DNA from: an uncultured Pirellulales bacterium | GTDB lineage: Bacteria > Planctomycetota > Phycisphaerae > Sedimentisphaerales > SM23-30 | Direction of reading: 5' to 3' | Length of the DNA: 40,081 nt | NCBI GenBank assembly: GCA_964582655.1 | Contig: CAZOTP010000002.1 | Location: 1-40,081, forward strand | Shown: in pieces, positions 1 through 9,100 of the stretch | How the letters are laid out: every line of letters starts with the position of its first letter | Numbering within the stretch: the stretch's first letter is position 1 | The notes under the pieces: generated by a model | The model's input: only the letters and a program-made list of their open reading frames with translations | Database searches by the model: none | Told to the model about the DNA's origin: nothing | Program-made: the position numbers and the translations under genes

Positions 1-892
1 CATCATTCACGCCCAGATGAATCAGCCAGACCCGGGGCTGCAACAATCTCATGCGTTCCTGCCATCCCGCATCCTGCCGCATCATCGTTAGATACCCTTC
101 GGCGGTGATTCCGCCAATTCCCTCATTGGCGATGAAAACCGGAGCCTGAAGGGATTGAGAGAGTTGATCGTTCAAATCCGTCATCCAGCTTTCCAGACAA
201 TTCACCTTCTCCGGATGATGAATGGACAGGGTTGGACCGAACTGCGGAAAGTTGCGGCCATCCTTCGAGACAACCTCCGCCGGAAAATCCTGATTGGAAA
301 GATGTTCGATGTCCCTCTGAAACGCCCGGCTCCAGTATCCTTCGGTAATGCTGTCGCCAATGGCGCAAACGACCAGGCCGATCCCAATTCTGTCGATTAC
401 AGAACGGCTGATCGTATTTCCTCTGCCGTCCAGAGTCCGGACCTCCAGTGCATATTCCCCGGACGGCAAATCAGCAAAAGCGGCGGCGGGATGATCTGCC
501 GAAAGGCACTGTTCTCCCACGCGCCGGGATCCGCAAGAGAGGATAATTTTTTTCATTGCCCGGGGAGAACCATCCGCATTTGCTTTAACGTCCAGAGTTC
601 GGCTGGATTGGATATAGGGAATGATATAGGTTCCCTGAATATCCGGAACGGCAAGAAAAAGAGAATGTTTCTCCATATCCGCTCGAAACACTCCATTGCC
701 GATGATTACATCGGGAGAGTCACTCGCCAGGGAGCACGATGGTTCAATCGTGTGTTCGCGACCGGCGGAAAAAGAACCGCATCCCGCGAGAAAAAGAAAA
801 AATCCTGTCCCGATTGTGATTCTGACCGCAAACCGGATTGTCAGTCCCTTCGCAAAACGGGACTCGTTGCGGACTGGTTTGGATTCAGCCAT
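1..892 (-). CDS. SGNH/GDSL-family hydrolase, predicted lipoprotein (3'-partial; runs off the window start)
   Basis: Absent from the supplied ORF track because it has no stop inside the window. My minus-strand translation from ATG 890-892 stays open to base 1 (297 codons): MAESKPVRNESRFAKGLTIRFAVRITIGTGFFLFLAGC... It has a lipobox (LAGC) followed by the SGNH blocks AIGDSITEGY (block I GDS), NEGIGGIT (block II) and LIHLGVND (block III GxND). An alternative in-frame ATG lies at 943. It sits 15-66 nt downstream of the SSS gene on the same strand. Confidence 0.7.
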   Translation of the reverse strand, partial: MAESKPVRNESRFAKGLTIRFAVRITIGTGFFLFLAGCGSFSAGREHTIEPSCSLASDSPDVIIGNGVFRADMEKHSLFLAVPDIQGTYIIPYIQSSRTLDVKANADGSPRAMKKIILSCGSRRVGEQCLSADHPAAAFADLPSGEYALEVRTLDGRGNTISRSVIDRIGIGLVVCAIGDSITEGYWSRAFQRDIEHLSNQDFPAEVVSKDGRNFPQFGPTLSIHHPEKVNCLESWMTDLNDQLSQSLQAPVFIANEGIGGITAEGYLTMMRQDAGWQERMRLLQPRVWLIHLGVND

Positions 893-958
893 CGGCGGCC
901 CATTTTTCTGTTGAATGACACTCAATACTTGCGTGATACCCATTGTAAACTCGATACT

Positions 959-2512
959 CTATGCGGATCCAACGGAATTCCGGGTAATCCGGCGAAACGT
1001 CCAGCCCAGCTGATCCGGTGAAGTTTTGCCGAGGAAGCAGCTGACCAGATACGCGGGGAGAAATGTAGCCGCTAAACCAAGGGGGCAGGTCCAGAGAAAA
1101 CTGATATCGGTGTAGAAGACAACATAGAAGGTCAGACACGGCCCGATAATGCCGCCGCAGAGAACGCCCCAGGAATTGGCCCGGCGGGTGAACATGCCCA
1201 GACAAAACAGGGCGAAGATCGGACCGACGAAGAGGCCGTTGACGCGGTTCAAAATGACGTAGAGTTCACCCTGCCGTCCGACGTTGGAGGCCAGCAGCGT
1301 CGTTGCCAATCCGAGGGCAACGGTGGCCAGACGCGAAACCATCACATCCCGCCTCTGCGTGGTTTCGGAATGAACCTCTGTCTGATTATTGCGGGAGCTC
1401 CGTTTATAGAAGTCGGAAATCACGATGCCGGCACAGGCGTTGATTCCGCCTTCGACGCAGGACAGGCTGGCGGCCAGGATGGCGGAGACCACCAGCCCTT
1501 TCAGGCCGATGGGGAAAAACTCCCCGATAAACGCGGGGAACACCTGATCCCGGGCCAGTTCATTTCCGAAACCGGTTTGTTTGACATAGGCAAACATCGC
1601 CAGTCCGATGAATCCGAGCACGATCATCCAGGCGGAATCCGTGGAGGCATTGATAAAAAAGGATTTAGCGGCTTCACGTTCGGACCGCGCGGCGGCCAGC
1701 CGCTGCACCATGATCTGATCGGAGGTGTACGCGGTCATTCGATACAGCAGGCTCGAAAACACCAGTCCCACCAGGGTGATGTCGGTGCAGAAAAAGGTCC
1801 GGAGGTGTTCCCAGGCGCCGACGGGATCGGCTGACGAAGGAGTTGCGACAAACCACCATCGACCTTCCGCCGATGCGTCGGCAAAAACCCGGCGCCAGTC
1901 ACCGGAGAGATTGGACATAATGACGCCCACGGTTACCGCCAGGCCGACGAACATAATGATAAACTGAAGGACCTGGGTCCAGACGACGGCGCGGAATCCG
2001 CCCAGCATGCAAAATACGGTCACGGTTACGCCGACGACGGCGACAACGCCGACCAGGGGGATTTTTCCCCGGGAGACGGAATGAATCGCCAGGCAGGGGA
2101 CATACAGTGCCGTTCCCATCCAGCACAGCCGCCAGAAAATAAAAATGACGGCCGAGAGGGTTCGTATGCGGCCGTCAAAGCGGTTTTCCAGATATTCATA
2201 GGCGGAAAAGAAATTGAGGCGGGTGTAAAACGGCACGCAGATGCGTGTAACATACACATACAGCACCAGCCAGAGCAGCGAAGGGATGACCACCAGAATA
2301 AACCCGTATCGCATGACGGCGGAGGGCTGGGTGAGGTAGTCGGTTCCGCTGTTCATGGCGGCCATGAGAGAGATTCCCAGCGGCAGCCAGGAGAGGCCTC
2401 GCCGTGCCTTGAAAAATTCGTCGATGGATTTCTGCCGCCCGGAAAACCAAATCCCCAGAAAGGTCATTCCCAGCAAATAGACGAGAATAATGGCGATATC
2501 GACGGCGTTCAT
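959..2512 (-). CDS. Sodium:solute symporter (SSS) family transporter
   Basis: 517-aa polytopic ORF with a typical SSS N-terminus (MNAVDIAIILVYLLGMTFLGIWFSGRQKSIDEFF...). The ATG at 2510-2512 overlaps the upstream stop (ATGA). Confidence 0.85.
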   Translation of the reverse strand: MNAVDIAIILVYLLGMTFLGIWFSGRQKSIDEFFKARRGLSWLPLGISLMAAMNSGTDYLTQPSAVMRYGFILVVIPSLLWLVLYVYVTRICVPFYTRLNFFSAYEYLENRFDGRIRTLSAVIFIFWRLCWMGTALYVPCLAIHSVSRGKIPLVGVVAVVGVTVTVFCMLGGFRAVVWTQVLQFIIMFVGLAVTVGVIMSNLSGDWRRVFADASAEGRWWFVATPSSADPVGAWEHLRTFFCTDITLVGLVFSSLLYRMTAYTSDQIMVQRLAAARSEREAAKSFFINASTDSAWMIVLGFIGLAMFAYVKQTGFGNELARDQVFPAFIGEFFPIGLKGLVVSAILAASLSCVEGGINACAGIVISDFYKRSSRNNQTEVHSETTQRRDVMVSRLATVALGLATTLLASNVGRQGELYVILNRVNGLFVGPIFALFCLGMFTRRANSWGVLCGGIIGPCLTFYVVFYTDISFLWTCPLGLAATFLPAYLVSCFLGKTSPDQLGWTFRRITRNSVGSA

Positions 2513-4101
2513 GGATTGTTCCTTATGCAGGGGATCGCTTCCAGGGCAAACAGACGAGCATGGGTCAGCTCAACATCCAAACGGAAGACCGGAATGGTCA
2601 GTGAGACGGCGTCGGTTTTTTCGCCGCGGGGAGTATTCCAGCGGACCGGCAGGGCCAGAGAGTCGCCGGTGACCGGTTCCATATCGGAATAATCATATCC
2701 GAGCAGCGGTCGGCCGTATTCATCGCAGATCCGAACGCGGATGCTGCCCTTCTGTGCCTGGGCGTTGAGAGTCAGCCGGAATGTGCCGTCCGGCGGGCAG
2801 CGGAACGGCGCAGTGAGAAGACGGCCGGGCTGGTCGCCTTCAGCGCCTCGGGACACAAAGCGGTCGCGGGGCATCTTCGCCAGGCCCAACTGCCGCCAGC
2901 GATCGCGTTCTCTTTTATGCCCCAGTTTATACCCGCCATAATACACATACAGTTCCTCTCCCATCGGCAGCACGCTACCCACCCAGGTCATGGCGCGGTC
3001 CCAGGTGTCGGGTTTTGGATTGCGGTCGAAGAAGATGTCGTCGTGGCGCTGCCAGGAAACGCCGTCGCGGCTGGTCGCCAGGGTGGTGTATCCGATGCCG
3101 TCGAAGTCGCCGCCGGGTTCGACGGGTTTTTCATCGTGCAGCATGCGGACAAACGTAATCATCAGGGTTCCGCGAACGAGAGGCTGGCAGCAGGAGTAAA
3201 ATTCCAGCAGCCCTTCATCGCGCGGTTCGGGAAGCATGATGCGCCAGGGGCGCCGCCAGTGAAAGAAATCCTCACTGGCGCTCATGGCGACGAGGCGGCG
3301 AAAATAATGGCCCGCGCGGGGACCGGGGATGTAGTTGTCTTCCGGAATCGCGGTGCTTTTGAAAAAGGCCCCGTAGCGATTCCGCAGCGGATCGTAAAAT
3401 ACCGTTATGATGTCGCTGGCCATCAGATGAAACCGGGGGTCTCCTTTTTTATAATACGGAATCACCGGATTATCGGGGTATGGCGTCCAGTGAATTCCAT
3501 CGGGGGATGTGGCGACCCGCAGGCCGCGGTTTTCTTCTTCGGGTCCCTTTTCGTCAGGACCCCACCAGGCCAGTTTATACCGCTGCGCCGGATTGGGAAA
3601 ATTCGGCCCTTCATCGAGCACTTCGGCATCAAAACCGCCAGGAATGAACAATAAACGATTGTCGTCCCCAAAGATGCCCAACGACGGAGTCTGCCACTGA
3701 ATGCCGTCTTTGGATTCCGCATAGGCGATGTAGGCGTCTTTCCCGATGCCGTGATTATACCACATGCGGAATGTTTGCGTCTGTTCGTCCTTCAGCACCG
3801 TCAGATAAGGCTGGGTGGTGTGCTGCTGATAGCCCAGAATCGGCTCTTCCAGGAACCGATCGGGCGAATGCGTCTTTTTGTCCAGGTGCGCCGATTCAGC
3901 GATGAGGTAATCATCGATGAACAGGTGGGGACCGGGGTACAGATCCACCGGTTCCAGCGCCGGTCTGGTCTGCACGCTGTAATTGGGAATATGGGTCGGC
4001 GTCCAGACCTGCGGCTCGGCCGCCGCATGCGATTGGAACCAAACACTGTTCATCAAAACTATCCGCCAAACGATTTTTGGAAACCGGAATCTGTTTTTCA
4101 C
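2509..4101 (-). CDS. Secreted beta-propeller glycoside-hydrolase-like protein (GH32/43/117/130-type fold suspected; family unresolved)
   Basis: 530-aa ORF with a GTG start at 4099-4101, 7 nt downstream of AGGAG. It has a signal-like N-terminus ending SHA/AAE. Repeated W/Y-rich blade-like segments are present (FRMWYNH, AYAESKDGIQW, VATSPDGIHW, LATSRDGVSW, LYVYYGG). The family assignment is by resemblance only. Confidence 0.55.
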   Translation of the reverse strand: MKNRFRFPKIVWRIVLMNSVWFQSHAAAEPQVWTPTHIPNYSVQTRPALEPVDLYPGPHLFIDDYLIAESAHLDKKTHSPDRFLEEPILGYQQHTTQPYLTVLKDEQTQTFRMWYNHGIGKDAYIAYAESKDGIQWQTPSLGIFGDDNRLLFIPGGFDAEVLDEGPNFPNPAQRYKLAWWGPDEKGPEEENRGLRVATSPDGIHWTPYPDNPVIPYYKKGDPRFHLMASDIITVFYDPLRNRYGAFFKSTAIPEDNYIPGPRAGHYFRRLVAMSASEDFFHWRRPWRIMLPEPRDEGLLEFYSCCQPLVRGTLMITFVRMLHDEKPVEPGGDFDGIGYTTLATSRDGVSWQRHDDIFFDRNPKPDTWDRAMTWVGSVLPMGEELYVYYGGYKLGHKRERDRWRQLGLAKMPRDRFVSRGAEGDQPGRLLTAPFRCPPDGTFRLTLNAQAQKGSIRVRICDEYGRPLLGYDYSDMEPVTGDSLALPVRWNTPRGEKTDAVSLTIPVFRLDVELTHARLFALEAIPCIRNNP

Positions 4102-4116
4102 GACTGCTCTCCTGAA

Positions 4117-5415
4117 TTAATGGTTCATTTTTCCTTCATTTCGCCACCATCGGACTTCATAACTGCCATGTTCGGCGCAGGCGGCGATATCCGGCCGGCT
4201 GTCCCCATTGAAATCGGCCAGAATCACCTGATTGGCGCTGATCCAGTTATCTTTGAGAATATGTTTGATCCATTTTTCACGGGGATCGCCGGAGTTTTCC
4301 AGCCAGACGACACGGCCGGGCGTTCGCCAGGATGTGGCGGCGACGTCGATATCGCCATCCTGATCCAGATCGCTGGCAACCGCTTCAAATCCGTCGGGAA
4401 AATCCCTGTCGATGATGTGTTTTTTCCATTGGGCTGCGGCCGGATTGCCGTCGTTCTCATACCAGACCACCTGATGGGTGTGCATGCGATCCTGATCGGT
4501 GGGAACGCCAAGTTTTTGCTTGAATTCCGGATCGTTGAGGTTGGCGGGCAACCCCAGCGCCAGAACCACGTCCAGATCACCATCTTTGTCGATATCCACC
4601 GGTTCGCCGTGCATGGGACGCGGGGAAACCGCATCAATAATATGCCGTTTCCAAGGTGCCGATGCCGGTCGGCCGCTGTTCTCGTACCAGAGAACCGTTT
4701 TCGCGCCCGTGGCCGTGACCAGCAGGTCCGGATCGCCGTCGCTATCCAGGTCTCCCGCGCGGATGTTTCTTGCCTCGACTACATTCGAGTCAATCGTGTG
4801 TTTTTTCCAAGGTTCCTCGCCGGAGGCGCCGGCATTTTCGAACCAGGCAATTTCATTCCCCAGCCGCCAGCCCGTTCCGGAAACATCCAGATCGCCGTCG
4901 CCGTCCAGATCGACCAGGGCCACATCGTACGCCCCCGGCAAATCGGTCGTTACGACATGACGCTGCCAGCGTTCATCCGATCGGGGGTTCCCGCTGTTTT
5001 GAAACCACAGGATCGAACCGAATTTGTTTTCCACAATGACAACATCGGGCCGACCGTCGTTATCCGTATCCCCAATGGCATGGCGTTCCAGCCGTTCCGG
5101 CTCATTCTTCTGGATGTAATGCCGCTGAAAACGTCCCAGCCCATCGTTTTCAAACCAGTACAGGCTGTATGGCGTTTCCCCCGTACGATAATTAATGCAA
5201 TCGGAGCTGGTCAGATCGAGATCGCCGTCGCCATCCAGGTCTGCCGCCGCAATGCCGTAGGCATACGCATATCGATCCGCAATTAAATGTTCTGAAAACC
5301 GGATGCTTTTTTGGAAACATCCTCCCGTCCCCCAAAAAAAGAGAAGGCTCAACACCATCCCAGCCGCCGTCCGACAAATGGAAACACCTTTCTTCAGAAT
5401 ACGATGATTCTTCAT
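4117..5415 (-). CDS. FG-GAP/VCBS repeat protein, 7-bladed integrin-alpha-like propeller (secreted or lipoprotein)
   Basis: Seven Ca-binding-like loops: DLDGDGDLD, DTDNDGRPD, DLDGDGDLD, DLDSDGDPD, DIDKDGDLD, DLDQDGDID, DFNGDSRPD. Each is followed about 20 aa later by W-[FYLW]-x-N-x-G (WFENDG, WFQNSG, WFENAG, WYENSG, WYENDG, WLENSG, WWRNEG). The N-terminus is hydrophobic (signal-like). The ATG is preceded by AAGGAA. Confidence 0.85.
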   Translation of the reverse strand: MKNHRILKKGVSICRTAAGMVLSLLFFWGTGGCFQKSIRFSEHLIADRYAYAYGIAAADLDGDGDLDLTSSDCINYRTGETPYSLYWFENDGLGRFQRHYIQKNEPERLERHAIGDTDNDGRPDVVIVENKFGSILWFQNSGNPRSDERWQRHVVTTDLPGAYDVALVDLDGDGDLDVSGTGWRLGNEIAWFENAGASGEEPWKKHTIDSNVVEARNIRAGDLDSDGDPDLLVTATGAKTVLWYENSGRPASAPWKRHIIDAVSPRPMHGEPVDIDKDGDLDVVLALGLPANLNDPEFKQKLGVPTDQDRMHTHQVVWYENDGNPAAAQWKKHIIDRDFPDGFEAVASDLDQDGDIDVAATSWRTPGRVVWLENSGDPREKWIKHILKDNWISANQVILADFNGDSRPDIAACAEHGSYEVRWWRNEGKMNH

Positions 5416-5451
5416 GGCATGTTCCTTTGCGAAAAAAGCTTAACATTTACC

Positions 5452-6645
5452 TCAATAATTGGTAAACGACTGATCTCCGCGATGAAAGTGAGGCGGCTCG
5501 GTCATGTCGGCGGGGTGTTCCGAGGCGGCCCGGCGGCTGAATTTTACGCCGATGCCGGGCTGATCGGGCACCGTCAGACGCGTACCGTCCAGCCGGAACG
5601 CGCACTGGAACACATCCGGCAGCATTTGGTGAGGCGGAAACACCACCTCCTGCGGCCCGGCGTTGGAGCAGGCCAGGTCCAGATGCAGCGACGCCGCCGT
5701 GCAGACAGGCCCCAGGGGATTATGGGGCAGAATTTTGATGAGATGGGTTTCGGCCATCGCGGCGATTTTTTTCGCCTCGGTCAATCCGCCGGCGATGCAG
5801 ATGTCGATGCGGGCGTAGTCGATCAGTTCCTCCTCAATCACCGTTCGGAAATCCCATTTGTTCGCCCACTGCTCTCCCGCCGCCAGGGGAACGTTCGTAT
5901 GTCGGCGAATGTGGCGGTAGCCGTCGATATGCTCCGAACGAATCGGATCCTCGACGACAAACAAATTCAATTCCTCCACCTGCCGGCAGAAGCGGATGGC
6001 TTCGGGCGGGTCGAGCCGGGCATGAAGGTCCACCATCAGTTCCATATCATCTCCGATGGCGTCCCGCACCGCGCGGAGACGATCGGCTAGCTCCTGTGCC
6101 ATGCGTCGAGGATCAAATAAATTTCCTTCGGCGGTCGGGCCGATGCGAAAATATTTGTGGCCGCTGGCCCGCGCGGCCTTGGCCAGCAGGACGGCTTTTT
6201 GAATATCCGAAACGCCCGAGGTCATCTGGTTCAGGCAATCCTGGGTCTGCGTATCCGGCGAACTGGTCAGATATCCCGGCATCAGAAAGCATTGCACGAA
6301 ATCCCGGCAGCGGCCTCCCAGAAGCTGATAGACCGGCACACCGAGCTTCTGCCCCAGGATATCCCACAGGGCTATGTCGATTCCGGCGATCGCCGAGCCG
6401 ATCAGCTTATCCGCCGGGTAAAATCCGCCGCGGAACATCCGCTGCCAGAGGTGTTCGATCCGCAGAGGGTCCTCGCCGATCAGCCACCGTTTCAGATGCT
6501 CCACCGTTCCGGCAATCGCCTTCCATCGCCGCTGCAGGCCCGCCTCGCCGACGCCTGTAATTCCTTCATCCGTCTCTACGAGGATGGGGACCAGCGTCCG
6601 GCCGGGCGCCTGCACCGGGATGCATTCGATGTTTGTGATTTTCAT
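5452..6645 (-). CDS. Enolase-superfamily acid-sugar dehydratase (D-mannonate/D-galactonate dehydratase-like; mandelate racemase/muconate lactonizing family)
   Basis: 397 aa. The sequence MKITNIECIPV...ETDEGITGVGEA...IAGIDIALWDILGQKLGVPVYQLLGG is the classic MR/MLE N-terminal capping domain plus barrel start. The ATG overlaps the upstream stop (ATGA 6642-6645). Confidence 0.85.
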   Translation of the reverse strand: MKITNIECIPVQAPGRTLVPILVETDEGITGVGEAGLQRRWKAIAGTVEHLKRWLIGEDPLRIEHLWQRMFRGGFYPADKLIGSAIAGIDIALWDILGQKLGVPVYQLLGGRCRDFVQCFLMPGYLTSSPDTQTQDCLNQMTSGVSDIQKAVLLAKAARASGHKYFRIGPTAEGNLFDPRRMAQELADRLRAVRDAIGDDMELMVDLHARLDPPEAIRFCRQVEELNLFVVEDPIRSEHIDGYRHIRRHTNVPLAAGEQWANKWDFRTVIEEELIDYARIDICIAGGLTEAKKIAAMAETHLIKILPHNPLGPVCTAASLHLDLACSNAGPQEVVFPPHQMLPDVFQCAFRLDGTRLTVPDQPGIGVKFSRRAASEHPADMTEPPHFHRGDQSFTNY

Positions 6646-7658
6646 GGCTCGTTCCTGATTTGAAACCGCTTTCGTTCGCCGGGTATCTCAAACACATCGG
6701 GGTTCACCACATACGCGGGCCGCTGGCCCTGTAAAACCTGCACGGCATTGTCCACCGTGCAGTCGAATACCGCATCCACTCCTTCGATGGCCCGATTGCC
6801 CATATGCGGCGTGGTAATTACGCTGGGCAGGCGCAGCAGCGGGCTTTCTTTGTCGGATAGCGGATCATCCATTGCAATGCCTGCAATCAATCCGCTCATC
6901 ACTGCTTCGGTCAACGCCGCCTCATCCACCAGTTTCAACCTTGCCGCATTAATCAGATACGCCGTTTTTTTCATTCGAGCCAGTTCCCGCCTTCCGATCA
7001 TACCTGTTGTCTGCGGATTGAGGCGGACGTGCAGACTGACAAAATCGCTCCGCTCCAGAAGCTCCTCCAGCGAAACCCGTTCAATCCCGTGCCGATGTAC
7101 AAAATCAGCATCGGGAGAGGGTTCGGCGGCGAGTATCTTCATCTCGAAACCGGCGGCCCGCCTCGCCACGGCCTTGCCGATATTGCCCAGGCCGACAATT
7201 CCCAGCGTTTTCCGCCATACGCTCACGCCCATGCCGCGGTGGTAATTTCCCAACCGGCATTGTGAGTCAAAATGGGGAATCTGCCTGGCCGCCGAGAGAA
7301 TCAGTCCCCACGTTAAATCTGCCACAACCTCGGCGCCGACGGGGATCGGGGCATACGTCACCAGGATCCCAAGCCGCGTCGCCGCTTCCACATCGAGCCA
7401 GTCATAGCCGCTGGCAGCGATGGAAATCACTTCGAGGTTCTTCGCCTCCCGCATTTCCTGTTCACTGGGCCTTTCGCGCAGATTGGAAGGCAGAATCACT
7501 CCGGATGCATCTGCGAGGATGTCCCGTATCTGGGATTCCCGAAGGATTTGAAATTCCGGCCGCGCCACGATTTCCACCGGCAGACGGCTCAGCCTCTGCT
7601 GATGCGATTCCAGCACCTCCAGACAGGTGGGATTCAAAATGACCAGACGTTTCTTCAT
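6642..7658 (-). CDS. D-isomer-specific 2-hydroxyacid dehydrogenase family (NAD-binding)
   Basis: 338 aa with a Rossmann motif GLGNIGKAVARR and a C-terminal TPHMG catalytic-His region. It has ATGA overlaps at both ends. Confidence 0.85.
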   Translation of the reverse strand: MKKRLVILNPTCLEVLESHQQRLSRLPVEIVARPEFQILRESQIRDILADASGVILPSNLRERPSEQEMREAKNLEVISIAASGYDWLDVEAATRLGILVTYAPIPVGAEVVADLTWGLILSAARQIPHFDSQCRLGNYHRGMGVSVWRKTLGIVGLGNIGKAVARRAAGFEMKILAAEPSPDADFVHRHGIERVSLEELLERSDFVSLHVRLNPQTTGMIGRRELARMKKTAYLINAARLKLVDEAALTEAVMSGLIAGIAMDDPLSDKESPLLRLPSVITTPHMGNRAIEGVDAVFDCTVDNAVQVLQGQRPAYVVNPDVFEIPGERKRFQIRNEP

Positions 7659-9100
7659 CCGAACGCCGCCGTTTGAATTTCGATGAATTCGTGTAGTCCT
7701 TCGATGCCGCCCTCGCGGCCGAATCCCGATTCCTTCATCCCGCCAAACGGCGCTTCGGGGGTCGGACCGGTTCCGGTATTCAGACCTACATGCCCGAACA
7801 TCAGTCGTTTCGAGATTCGCTCCAGCCGCCTGGAGCTGCCCGAAAAGACATACGCCGCCAGTCCGTAGCAGGTGTCGTTTGCTTTTTGAATCACCTCTTC
7901 CTCCCCGGAAAATTCCGAAATCGCAATCACCGGTCCGAATGTTTCTTCCTGAAACACCTGCATGCCGTGATGGACCCCTGCCAGCACTGTTGGCGGGTAA
8001 AAGCAGCCCCAGTCCTGCTCGGGTCGGTCGGCGACTCCGCCGGCCAGCAGTCGGGCCCCCCTGCTTACAGCATCCTGCACATGCTGGGCGACCTTGTCCA
8101 ATCCTTCCCGGTTAATCAGCGGACCGATCTCCGTCTGCGGGTCCATTCCATTGCCTGTTTTCATCCGCTTTACGCGATCCGTCACGGCTTTTTCGAAGGC
8201 CTTCGAAACCGCCTGATGCACATAGACCCGATTCGCGCACACGCACGTCTGGCCCGATCCGCGGAACTTATTGCCCATCAGTTCATCCGCCGCCCGCTCC
8301 AGATCGGCATCCTCGAACACGATGAACGGCGCGTTGCCGCCTAGTTCCAGGGACAGCCGCTTTACTCCAGCGGCACTGTTTCGAATCAGCTCTTTTCCGA
8401 TTTCCGTGCTTCCCGTAAAACTCAGGATGCGAACCGCCGGATGCGAGTACAGCGCCTCGGCGATGGGCCTTGCTTTGCCGGTGATGGCGTTGATTCGGCC
8501 CGGCGGAAAACCGGATTCCTCCAGCAGCCGGCACAGGGCAATTGTGGAAAGAGGCGTCAGAATCGACGGCTTGATGACCACGCTGCAGCCGACGGCCAGG
8601 GCGGCGCCGAGTTTTTTGGCCAGCATGCCCAGCGGAAAATTCCACGGCACAATCAGACCGGCGACTCCGGCCGGTCGATACCGCACCTGCCAGCGGCAAT
8701 TTTTGACGGTCTTTTCCAGCGAATAGCCGTGAACCGTTTCCAGAGCTTCGGCAAAAAAGCGGAAAAAGCCGATGGCATACTCCACTTCGCCGATTCCCTG
8801 CGAAATCACCTTGCCATGCTCCAGCGTGATAATGCGGCCCAGTTCTTGTTTCCGCTTTTCCATCCGATCGCACAAATCCAGCAGTCTTTGTTTTCTCAAA
8901 TCCGCCGGCTCCTCCCATCCGACCGATTCGGCCGCGCAGGCAATGGCCCGATCCGTTTCCGCCCGGCCCATGTTCGGCACCCTGGCCAGTTCCTCGCCCG
9001 TGGCGGGATTGGTCACCGCCAGAGCGGTTCCCGAATCCGCACCGGCCCATTGCCCGCCAATATAGCCGAGAGTTTGCTGGAGGATTTCTGATTGAATCAT
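7655..9100 (-). CDS. NAD(P)+ aldehyde dehydrogenase (succinate-semialdehyde/lactaldehyde dehydrogenase-like)
   Basis: Contains ALDH motifs LELGGNAP (catalytic Glu) and GQTCVCANR (catalytic Cys). I place the start at ATG 9098-9100 (MIQSEILQQ...), which overlaps the upstream stop (ATGA). The 50-codon extension in the ORF track (to 9250) lies inside the upstream gene. Confidence 0.85.
   Translation of the reverse strand: MIQSEILQQTLGYIGGQWAGADSGTALAVTNPATGEELARVPNMGRAETDRAIACAAESVGWEEPADLRKQRLLDLCDRMEKRKQELGRIITLEHGKVISQGIGEVEYAIGFFRFFAEALETVHGYSLEKTVKNCRWQVRYRPAGVAGLIVPWNFPLGMLAKKLGAALAVGCSVVIKPSILTPLSTIALCRLLEESGFPPGRINAITGKARPIAEALYSHPAVRILSFTGSTEIGKELIRNSAAGVKRLSLELGGNAPFIVFEDADLERAADELMGNKFRGSGQTCVCANRVYVHQAVSKAFEKAVTDRVKRMKTGNGMDPQTEIGPLINREGLDKVAQHVQDAVSRGARLLAGGVADRPEQDWGCFYPPTVLAGVHHGMQVFQEETFGPVIAISEFSGEEEVIQKANDTCYGLAAYVFSGSSRRLERISKRLMFGHVGLNTGTGPTPEAPFGGMKESGFGREGGIEGLHEFIEIQTAAFG

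Noticed and set aside
3751-5286. 511-aa plus-strand ORF. Similar long antisense ORFs occur at 155..1021, 9511..10713, 17016..18272, 19881..20957, 12489..13367 and 36165..37139.
   Set aside because: Each lies opposite a CDS that carries clear family motifs, and none has motifs, signal peptides or SD-supported starts of its own. All are treated as GC-driven shadow ORFs.
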